This document shows positions 29,218 to 37,135 of a DNA stretch of 64,000 bases, piece after piece. The notes below the pieces were generated by a model. That model did not search any database, was not told the origin of the DNA, and saw only the letters and a list, made by a program, of their open reading frames with translations. Within the stretch, counting starts at the first letter, position 1. Each line of letters begins with the position of its first letter. The position numbers were made by a program, and so were the translations under genes. Source of the stretch: Polyangiaceae bacterium (GTDB taxonomy: Bacteria; Myxococcota_A; Polyangia; Polyangiales; Polyangiaceae); assembly GCA_965222375.1 (NCBI GenBank), contig CBDCTZ010000013.1, forward strand, positions 320,001 to 384,000, written 5' to 3'.

Positions 29218-30343
29218 GCGCAGGCGGCGAACCAGTCGGCTCCGCCATGGGCAACCGGCCCTTCTTCATGTTGTCCAGGGTCTCGTTGACCTTGTGCTGC
29301 AGGCAAAGGCTCCCACACATACTCTGCGCATTGAAGCTCGGCGACGCCAAGTAACGCATTACCTCCCAGTAACGCTCACTCTGGAATATCTCGCGAAAAC
29401 TCTGTTCGCAGATGTTGCCTATGTGCAGCTTTTCGTAGCGCTGATTGAAAAGCATGCCACATGGCGCCACAAGCCCGGAGCCCGATATCTGCAACATGAA
29501 GGGCGGTCCGTAGCACCGCTTGTAACTGCGCTTGTTCCCGGTACGGATCTTGGACCATTTGACCTGAACGCTGTACTCGTCGTCGCTCAGCGCTTCTGCT
29601 CGCCGCAGCTTTTCGTACAGGGCTGGGTAGGCTGCGTAGTCTACTCCCAGGCTGCCGTCTTCATCGTCACTGCAGTGCTTGATGACCAAATAGTCCGGCC
29701 GTAGCTCTTTGCCCAGCTGCGCCAAGGGCAGGATCTGGTCTCCGTATTCGGGCATCAGCACCATCTGCATGCCAATGGTCACAGGCAAACCATACCGCTT
29801 CTTGATCGCCACCATGCTCCGGATGTTGTCGCAAACACGGTGAAACCACTCCTCCTTCACGCCCATGATCGCGGCGTAACGCGCGGGCTCCCCTGCGGAG
29901 ATGTTGATACGCAGGTAGGTCAGATGCGGCAACACTTGCTCCAGCTTGGATTCCGTCAGAACGAAGCCATTGGTGCCGCAGGCCATGGACAGGCCCCGGG
30001 CACTGCCCTGGGTCACCGCATCCACGAAAACCGGGCTGATCGTGCTTTCTCCATCGGATACCAAACTGACTCCGCGAACACCGATTTCAGCCGCGTCGTC
30101 CAAGAAGCCTCGGATGACGTCCTGGGTAATTCGGCTGCGCTCGTTTTCCTGCAGCATGGCGTAGCAAAAGTGGCAGCCATAGTTGCAGGCGCGGGTCAGC
30201 GCCATGTCAATGGTGATCGGCGCAATGCGTTCGCCACGCTCCCAGGCATGCACTCGGTCGAGGTGCCAGGCCAACTTGTTGCCATCCAGGATGAGGTCTG
30301 CGGGGCTAACCGACACTTGAACTTTCCGCCGCCCTCGGGCCAC
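29201..30343 (-). CDS. Radical SAM protein with SPASM/twitch-type C-terminal domain
   Basis: CNYGCHFC (CxxxCxxC); CYGP...GLVAPC...IGNI...CGSLC. Confidence 0.93.
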   Translation of the reverse strand: MARGRRKVQVSVSPADLILDGNKLAWHLDRVHAWERGERIAPITIDMALTRACNYGCHFCYAMLQENERSRITQDVIRGFLDDAAEIGVRGVSLVSDGESTISPVFVDAVTQGSARGLSMACGTNGFVLTESKLEQVLPHLTYLRINISAGEPARYAAIMGVKEEWFHRVCDNIRSMVAIKKRYGLPVTIGMQMVLMPEYGDQILPLAQLGKELRPDYLVIKHCSDDEDGSLGVDYAAYPALYEKLRRAEALSDDEYSVQVKWSKIRTGNKRSYKRCYGPPFMLQISGSGLVAPCGMLFNQRYEKLHIGNICEQSFREIFQSERYWEVMRYLASPSFNAQSMCGSLCLQHKVNETLDNMKKGRLPMAEPTGSPPAHENFV

Positions 30344-30376
30344 GAGAACGAAGCTTCAGTCTACCTTGCTGGCCCG

Positions 30377-31513
30377 TCAAAGGCGACGAATGACGTTGAG
30401 GTCTCGGCGCGCCACTCTTTCCACGCTGAGGCTGGGATCGACGCGGGCGGCAAGCTCCCGCTCCAGGCGGAATAGAAGCCCCCGCCGCCTGCTCGGCGGA
30501 ATCCCATCGCCTAGCTGCACTACGATGCGGCTGCAGTCTCGGAGCTGGACAAATTTGGCTTCGCCGCCCGCGAAACCCGCCGCCACGCACGCCGCCGCAA
30601 ACTCGCCACGGACCCTCTCCAGGCGGGCGGCGTCGCTGAGCTTTAGCCAAGCCTCCGACGCGCTGAGCTCGAAGCGGTTGTCGATATCCGGATAGCCGAT
30701 CTCGTGCCGGTAAGACGCCAACAGCCGCCGCACCAGGGCGTTGGCGCGAGCAAAGAGCAGCGAAGTGTTTTCGGGCTGGGGCACACCCGGAACAGGCGGG
30801 CCCGCCTCGGGCTCATGCGCGAGATGCATCACGGCAAGTACTCCATGGTCGGCCCACTCGAGAATTGGTGTGCGCTCGCCAACCTGACACAGGAGCTCCA
30901 GAACCCCGCGCTCGTCTGCTTCGGTCGCGCCCCAGTGGCCAGCACTGACTACACGGTGTTGCGCGTCGACGCGAGCGTGAAGCTGCCAATCTCCAATCCG
31001 GGCCCACGCCTGTGGAGCGCCTGTGTGCGTCTCGCGCGCGCTCTCGTGGCTGGCATCGGCTGCGGCGGCCATGACCCGACTGTGAAACCCAGGAGGCAGC
31101 CGCGGCACAGCTGCCTCTCCACCAGGCTCTCGTGGCCGCTCAACGACTCGCCTCGCGAACCGCAGAGAAGGCTTGGGCGATGGCCGCGACCCTGCCTCGA
31201 AGCTGAACTCGAGGCGAACAGGCAAGGCGTTGCCCTGGATCCGAAGGCTACCGTGGCGCGCGCCAAGCTCTTGCCAATTCCCAACCGAGTGTGTGTTGAA
31301 CGCCTCCGCACCCATCAACACTACGAGGCCCGACTCCCCTGCCCGACGCGCTGCGTCCAGCAAACCCTCCACGCTGCGGACGGGATCTGGGTCGGGAACC
31401 CAGGTCTCCAACCCATCCACACCCGCGTGAAATCCTCTCAGTACCGAATCGAGGCGTCGTTCATACGCCTCGACCAACTTCTCATAGGACAGCGTGCGAG
31501 GCGAAGGCATCAT
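30377..31513 (-). CDS. Hypothetical protein with degenerate IscU-like and Nfu-like segments
   Basis: In operon with TGATG overlap; resemblance to NifU domains by eye only; canonical Cys motifs absent. Confidence 0.7.
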   Translation of the reverse strand: MMPSPRTLSYEKLVEAYERRLDSVLRGFHAGVDGLETWVPDPDPVRSVEGLLDAARRAGESGLVVLMGAEAFNTHSVGNWQELGARHGSLRIQGNALPVRLEFSFEAGSRPSPKPSLRFARRVVERPREPGGEAAVPRLPPGFHSRVMAAAADASHESARETHTGAPQAWARIGDWQLHARVDAQHRVVSAGHWGATEADERGVLELLCQVGERTPILEWADHGVLAVMHLAHEPEAGPPVPGVPQPENTSLLFARANALVRRLLASYRHEIGYPDIDNRFELSASEAWLKLSDAARLERVRGEFAAACVAAGFAGGEAKFVQLRDCSRIVVQLGDGIPPSRRRGLLFRLERELAARVDPSLSVERVARRDLNVIRRL

Positions 31514-32955
31514 CAGTCCAGTTGGGGTTCCGCTCCGAGCGCATGAGACGTGATCTCCCATGGGGTGCGCACAGCTACGAACACGACAAAAAGCACGGTC
31601 GGCAGCATCTGGGTCAGCAGACGTCCAACGGCATCCATGTGGATGAAGATCGGCAGTGTGGACCAGAACAGGAACAACACAGACACACCAATAAGCTGCA
31701 ACAAGAACAAGCCAACCATGCTACGCACCGTTGCGGCTGGGCGTTCTGGTGAAAGACCCATCACTATGCCGTATGCAGGTAGCAACACCACGAGGGGGAC
31801 GAGCCATTGATCAAAGCGCCACAGCTGATACCCCCACGCCCCAAACAGGCCGCGGTAGCGTGCCGCGTCGGTAGCACGATTCGCTAGATGGTCCATGAAG
31901 CTGTACGTCGAACCCTGCAACTGACGCGCGTAGAACTCCCCGTAGTCGGGCATGACAGCGTAGCTCGTCTTGAAGAAGATCGTGGCGCACACGCCGGGCA
32001 ACGCGCCAACGCTGAAGTACCACGCTTGCTTCCGCCACTCCGCGCGGCCCTCGTTGCGGAGCACCCAGATAGTTCGCGCTACCAACAGGCAGACTAGGAA
32101 CATGATGCCCTCGTTCTTCAAGAACGTGGCCAGCCCAGCGAAGAGTCCACTGAGTACGAGGGCACCGCAACGCTCTCGTCGCTGGTCGTAGCAACCAATA
32201 CACACCACGGTCGCCAAGAAGTAGAAGGCCAGGGGATTGTCCGCGTACTGCTCCGTGCCGTGAAAAACGAAGTACGGAGTGCAGCAGAGCACGAGCGCCG
32301 CAAGCAGGCCCTGGGTACGCCCCCGCAGGCTGCTGACGCCAAAGTACAAGGTGGCGACAGCTGCGAAAGTGAACACGAAACCGAGTGCCATCGGCACCAA
32401 TGGCAGTTCGTCGTTGAGGAGTCGAAACCCGCGCGCGACCATGGACGGCATGAGTGCTGGATACTCAGGGTGCGTCCAGCTAATGATCTGGGAGAAGCTG
32501 TCAGCCCAAGCCACACCGCCACGATGAAAGAACCGTGCGCGCATGTTCCAGAAGTCCCAAGCGTCCCAGCCACCGTGCGGCGTCTGCCTGGCCTGCGCGA
32601 TGAAGGCGACCACAGCAGCCACAATCAACGGGCATGAGCCCACAACAACCAATCGAGCCGCCGGTGTCGGTGCTTCTCGCCAAACACGATGCAGCCGCCA
32701 ACGCTTCCGTCGAGCGGTCAAGTAGACCATCACCAGACACAACCCGATTTCCCAAGTCACGACGATGGTGTCGACAAGGACCAGCGAAGCGAACGCAAGT
32801 AGTCCGCTTAGGCCCAGCCCCAAACCCAAACCCATGGGCAGCATGCCCAGCGCTGTTTCCGTCGGCCCTGCCTTGCCCAGACCGTGCCGGAGGATCAACA
32901 ACCCCGTGATGGTCGGCACGAAGAGCAACAACAGCAGCTGAAGGACGGCGCTCAT
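31513..32955 (-). CDS. GT-C fold multi-TM glycosyltransferase (ArnT/PMT-like)
   Basis: About 11-13 TM segments; WDAWDFWNMRAR, HPEYP, YADNPLAFY and KNEG motifs. Confidence 0.85.
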   Translation of the reverse strand: MSAVLQLLLLLFVPTITGLLILRHGLGKAGPTETALGMLPMGLGLGLGLSGLLAFASLVLVDTIVVTWEIGLCLVMVYLTARRKRWRLHRVWREAPTPAARLVVVGSCPLIVAAVVAFIAQARQTPHGGWDAWDFWNMRARFFHRGGVAWADSFSQIISWTHPEYPALMPSMVARGFRLLNDELPLVPMALGFVFTFAAVATLYFGVSSLRGRTQGLLAALVLCCTPYFVFHGTEQYADNPLAFYFLATVVCIGCYDQRRERCGALVLSGLFAGLATFLKNEGIMFLVCLLVARTIWVLRNEGRAEWRKQAWYFSVGALPGVCATIFFKTSYAVMPDYGEFYARQLQGSTYSFMDHLANRATDAARYRGLFGAWGYQLWRFDQWLVPLVVLLPAYGIVMGLSPERPAATVRSMVGLFLLQLIGVSVLFLFWSTLPIFIHMDAVGRLLTQMLPTVLFVVFVAVRTPWEITSHALGAEPQLD

Positions 32956-33422
32956 CGCACTCGACCCGCGATCATCAGCCCGTCCCCCAAGTCCATCAAT
33001 ACTCCGTACTCGGGATTGTCCCTGAGCCAGGTCGGCGCCAGGGGTTCGCGGCGGTCGACGATGACCAGCGATGGCTTGGCCGGAACCACAAAGTCGGTCC
33101 GGCGCGCGGCCATGCGGTTGTCGTCCTCCCATACGTGGGTGACGAGTACTGGCGCCAAGACATATTGCGCGATGAACTTTGCGTTGCAGCCATCCTCGGT
33201 GTCCTCCGGCCCCATGTAGCCGACAACTCCGCGTGGCGGGAGGTGCTCCCGCAGAGGCTCATAGCGCCGCACCAAGCGTTCGGGGCAGCTTTCATGGGGT
33301 TCGAGCTGCGCCAGCCCCTCCAGGTTTCGTCGAGTAGTGATCGCTGCGAGAATGAAGAGCGCTACTACGGCGCCCACGCGCAGCGCAGCGCGCCCACGCG
33401 ACCACGAGCTAGACTCCGACAC
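32952..33422 (-). CDS. Hypothetical single-TM protein
   Basis: N-terminal TM, AQYVLAPVLV; ATGA overlap with the GT-C gene. Confidence 0.7.
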   Translation of the reverse strand: MSESSSWSRGRAALRVGAVVALFILAAITTRRNLEGLAQLEPHESCPERLVRRYEPLREHLPPRGVVGYMGPEDTEDGCNAKFIAQYVLAPVLVTHVWEDDNRMAARRTDFVVPAKPSLVIVDRREPLAPTWLRDNPEYGVLMDLGDGLMIAGRVR

Positions 33423-33495
33423 CAGCCCGACCGTAGCACTGCAAAACTCGACGCGACAGGGTCACGGGAACTGGCACAATCCATGGTAATTTGGC

Positions 33496-34560
33496 TTGGT
33501 GTTTCGCACACACAACGTAGCCTACGCCGCGGCAGCTCTTTGTCTCTGCTCGTGCAGTTCGCCTGACCACGAGAAGGGTTCGATCGAAGAACAAGCCTCG
33601 GCCACGTTTGGTTTGCCGGTGGCGCAGGTCGAGAGCCTGGTGCGCAAGCCACGCTTCGAACGGTGCTACGGAAAGCGGGCACTCGTCGTGCCGCCGCGTG
33701 GCTCCATCGAAATCCCAGTGCGCCGAGGCTCTCACACGCTCTCCGGTGAGTTCTCCATTTGCGACGCAATTGGTGCTGAGCCTGTCGAATTCCGTGTTGA
33801 GTTGCTGGCCACTCCCACGCGAGTTCTCTTGGGTCAGCCCGCTGCGGTTCCCGAGCTTGCTCCGCGCCTCCGATATCCGTTTCTGGTTACCTTCTGGGTC
33901 GAGACCGATGCCCCACTCTTGCTCCAGACCGTGGGCAAGTCACCTGACGTCAGAACCGGGTGGATCGATTTGGCGCTGACGAGCATCGTGCGTCCGCACA
34001 CGATCGCCGACCGCTCACCGACTGCCCGCCCAAAACCAAGAGACGACACGCTCCCGGATCACGCGATCCGCCCGGGCATGCGCAGGCGCAATGCCACAGC
34101 CGAGCCGAGCCTCAACGGCGGCATTTGGCTCTCGGATTGGGGCTGGAACGCCAGCTCCTCCAGCTGGGGCCCGATCGAAATCGATCAATCGAACGGAGCA
34201 GAAAACGCCGGTGACGGCACACGCCTCTCGATCAACGGTCGCGTGTACGGGAAGGGAGTGGGTATGCACCCTCCCGGTCGCATCGTCGTCGACCTTTACC
34301 GACGCTGCCGCAAATTCACGGCGGAAGTTGGCGTGGATGACGCCGTTGGAGACGCGGGTTCGGTACGCTTTTTCGTGTACGCCGACGGCGAACCTCTCTT
34401 CGACAGCAAATTGCTCACGGGTAGAGACGACCCGGTCCGTGTGGACGTGCCCCTGCTCGGTCGCAGCAGCATGGTGCTGATGGTGGGCAATGGGGACGAC
34501 GGCCCGGACAACGACTGGGCGAACTGGGCGGAGGCGCGGCTCTTCTGCGATCCGCTGTGA
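33496..34560 (+). CDS. Lipoprotein with C-terminal NPCBM/NEW2 carbohydrate-binding domain
   Basis: WLSDW...WGPIEIDQSNG...YGKGVGMH...FTAEVGVDD...GSVRF...DWANWAEARL. Confidence 0.88.
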   Translation: MVFRTHNVAYAAAALCLCSCSSPDHEKGSIEEQASATFGLPVAQVESLVRKPRFERCYGKRALVVPPRGSIEIPVRRGSHTLSGEFSICDAIGAEPVEFRVELLATPTRVLLGQPAAVPELAPRLRYPFLVTFWVETDAPLLLQTVGKSPDVRTGWIDLALTSIVRPHTIADRSPTARPKPRDDTLPDHAIRPGMRRRNATAEPSLNGGIWLSDWGWNASSSSWGPIEIDQSNGAENAGDGTRLSINGRVYGKGVGMHPPGRIVVDLYRRCRKFTAEVGVDDAVGDAGSVRFFVYADGEPLFDSKLLTGRDDPVRVDVPLLGRSSMVLMVGNGDDGPDNDWANWAEARLFCDPL

Positions 34561-35519
34561 TTGCCGAGGAAGTTCCCCCGGAGGCGAGGGCCCACCGCGG
34601 GCTCTCCCTCCTGTTCAAGTTGGGGGTCAGTGTCGCAGCGCTCCTGCTCATCGCGGTCCGGGTGGATGTCGCGGGCGCCATCACTCGGCTGGCTGAGGCA
34701 AAACTGGCTCTGCTCAGCGCTGCTTTTCTGGTACTGATACTGCAGTGGCCAACGACAGCCACGCGTTTTTGGCTCGTGACTCATCAAGCGGGCGCACGTC
34801 TGAGTTTTGGTCGTGCCCTGAGCGTGCAGCTGGCTAGCTTGCTCATGAATCAGGCGGTGCCAACGGCAGGCGGCGATGCTTGGCGTACCCTCGCACTCCA
34901 ACGCAGCGGCCTACCTCTGCGCGCGGGCATTGGTGTAGCCGTCGTTGACCGCTACTTCGCGCTGCTGGGGCTGTCCACGATTGTGCTTCTGGGGCAGCCG
35001 TGGTTCTCAGACTTGGCGGCCGGCTCGTCGCTGGCGACGGCAACCAGCGTGGGACTGGTACTCGTCTCGCTCGCGCTCGGGGCGGTGGCGGTCATCGACA
35101 AGTGGCTACCCCGCTCCAAGGTACGCGTCGTGCAAGCCGTGGCCGAGTTTGGGCCGCTAGTGCGGCAAACGCTGGCCAAGCCTTCGACCGGCGTGCCCGG
35201 CCTCGCTTGCTCCGTAGTTGCGCACCTCATTACCGTCGTTACCGTGTTCTTGTTGGCCCGAGCCCTTGGCGTCGATCTGAGTCTGGGCAGTTGCGCGCTG
35301 TTGGTGCCACCGGTCGTTCTGTTGTCCGCGCTCCCCATCTCCTTGGCAGGCTGGGGGGTTCGAGAAGGCAGCAGCATCGCGATGTTCGCTCTGGCAGGGA
35401 TCGACGCGCAAAGCGCCGTTGCAGTCTCGATATTGCTTGGACTATCCCAACTGGCCGTGAGCCTTCCAGGAGTGGGCGCCGTGCTGCTCGAGCAGCGGCG
35501 TTCTGCTACCTCGCCATGA
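34557..35519 (+). CDS. Lysylphosphatidylglycerol-synthase TM domain / flippase-like protein (UPF0104)
   Basis: NQAVPTAGGDAWR, VVDR, LPISLAGWGVREG. Confidence 0.9.
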   Translation: MIAEEVPPEARAHRGLSLLFKLGVSVAALLLIAVRVDVAGAITRLAEAKLALLSAAFLVLILQWPTTATRFWLVTHQAGARLSFGRALSVQLASLLMNQAVPTAGGDAWRTLALQRSGLPLRAGIGVAVVDRYFALLGLSTIVLLGQPWFSDLAAGSSLATATSVGLVLVSLALGAVAVIDKWLPRSKVRVVQAVAEFGPLVRQTLAKPSTGVPGLACSVVAHLITVVTVFLLARALGVDLSLGSCALLVPPVVLLSALPISLAGWGVREGSSIAMFALAGIDAQSAVAVSILLGLSQLAVSLPGVGAVLLEQRRSATSP

Positions 35520-36190
35520 CGTCCCAGCGAGCCGCAGGCATCGGCATACTCTGCCTCAACCTCGGGTTCGTCGCGCTTTCGTGCGTCGCGATGACGCTGT
35601 ATCCGGGCGGAACCTGGCTAGAGCCTGCCCGAGCGGGCCACGCCTTCTGGGCGAACTTCCTGTGCGACTTGCTTCACACCCAAGCCTTGAGCGGTGCTGA
35701 CAATAGCAGTGGCGCTCTCTTCGCTCGCCTCGCCATGTTGGCGGAGGCCGGCGCTCTCGTGCTGATGTGGTGGGCGGCGCCGTTCTTGTTTCCGAGGCGC
35801 AGCAATCTCGGGAAGGGGATCCGCATCTTGGGCGTCCTGAGCACGCTAGGCACGCTGGCCGTCGTGTTATTGCCGTCAGATCGCTTTGGCGCTCTGCATG
35901 GCGTCATGGTCCTACTTGCAAGCGTGCCCGGGTTTGGAGCCGCCGTGCTCACCGTCAGCGCGCTACTCGAGTCCGAAACGCATCGGGTGGGTGGCGCGTT
36001 TGGCGCCCTCGCGTTGCTGACCAGCCTGGTGAGCTTCGTCCTCTACGCGCGCACGCAGTTCTTCGGCGCTGCACTCACTGTGAGCGTGCCCGCATCACAA
36101 CGCATTGCGACCTTCGCCGTCGTGGCGTTCTGCGTCGCCGTGGCCCTGCGGCTGCTTTCGCCCATGCGCGCGAAGCTCGACGCGGACTGA
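35516..36190 (+). CDS. Hypothetical membrane protein (DUF998-like)
   Basis: YPGGTW...FWANFLCDL, 5-6 TM; ATGA overlap. Confidence 0.75.
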   Translation: MTSQRAAGIGILCLNLGFVALSCVAMTLYPGGTWLEPARAGHAFWANFLCDLLHTQALSGADNSSGALFARLAMLAEAGALVLMWWAAPFLFPRRSNLGKGIRILGVLSTLGTLAVVLLPSDRFGALHGVMVLLASVPGFGAAVLTVSALLESETHRVGGAFGALALLTSLVSFVLYARTQFFGAALTVSVPASQRIATFAVVAFCVAVALRLLSPMRAKLDAD

Positions 36191-36198
36191 CGTTTGCC

Positions 36199-36615
36199 TC
36201 AGCGCTCCTTGCTGGGCGCAGGCACCTTTTTGAAACCCGCTTCCTTGGCGGGCGCGGGCGGCGGCCGACCGCCAAGCTCCTTGGTCGGCGCAGGGACCTT
36301 GTACCCACCTTCCTTGGTGGGCGCCGTGAACTTGCCTCCGCCCTCTTTCGTCGGTGCCGCAAATTGGCGGCTAGTGCCAGCCTTGCGCGGGGTTGCCGAG
36401 ACTTGGCCGCGCTCCGATCCATGGTCCTCACCGGTTCGGTCGAAGCCCCCGGGCTCCTCATCGGTCGCGGCCGGCTGAGCCGCAGCGGGTTGCGTCGCTC
36501 CAGGTTTTTCGGGTGAGACCTTTGCTGCGAATTGGGCAGGCAGGTCACAGCCCGTCGCCAGTACCGCACCCAGGGCTAGGGTGGCTGCTTTGAACTTGTC
36601 TCGATCGATCTTCAT
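36199..36615 (-). CDS. Small lipoprotein with five C-terminal APxKE repeats
   Basis: GAG...GGG RBS-like sequence upstream, MKIDR...LATGC lipobox, repeats APTKE x3, APAKE, APSKE. Confidence 0.8.
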   Translation of the reverse strand: MKIDRDKFKAATLALGAVLATGCDLPAQFAAKVSPEKPGATQPAAAQPAATDEEPGGFDRTGEDHGSERGQVSATPRKAGTSRQFAAPTKEGGGKFTAPTKEGGYKVPAPTKELGGRPPPAPAKEAGFKKVPAPSKER

Positions 36616-36775
36616 CCCCAGCTCCTCGGGCGCATGAGGTTCGACGCCCGACTGTCATGATACGCCCAGGTTCGCCGATCCTTCCTTGCGACGAGAATTC
36701 AGCCGAATTTCCCTAGGTCAGCCAGGCCGTCTTCAAGTGCCCAGCCGCCACTGGCCCCGCCGCAAATAGACGTTC

Positions 36776-37111
36776 GTGAAAGTCCGCCAGGGAGCCTCAA
36801 CCGGTCCTCCGACTCAGTCCCGGCCACCGGGGCTGCCCGCCAACGCGGTGCGCTTCAACCCATTTGGCCCCGACGGAGACGAGTTCTTCGACCGCCACTA
36901 CTCACCACAGCACGAGAAGGACAACAGCACCGGGCAAGCCCTTGCGGTAGTGGGCGGGCTCGCAACCGCCGCGGGCGTGACGTTTCTGACCCTAACACTC
37001 GCGCGGAGTATCGGTCGAAAGCCCGAACGCCAGCCGCCGGCCCCCACTCTGTCGTTGAGTGCGGGCGCAATCCGCTCGGGCCTCGGCATGGGCCTGACGG
37101 GCGCGTTTTGA
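36776..37111 (+). CDS. Hypothetical protein or C-terminal gene fragment
   Basis: Hydrophobic helix plus terminal GLGMGLTGAF similar to the tail of 52956-53813; N-terminus unconvincing. Confidence 0.45.
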   Translation: MKVRQGASTGPPTQSRPPGLPANAVRFNPFGPDGDEFFDRHYSPQHEKDNSTGQALAVVGGLATAAGVTFLTLTLARSIGRKPERQPPAPTLSLSAGAIRSGLGMGLTGAF

Positions 37112-37135
37112 CCTCGCGCCCAGCCGGGCACCGGC

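Noticed and set aside
36776..37111. Novel small protein as a finding
   Set aside because: Probably only a tail fragment of a common secreted-protein type; too little evidence
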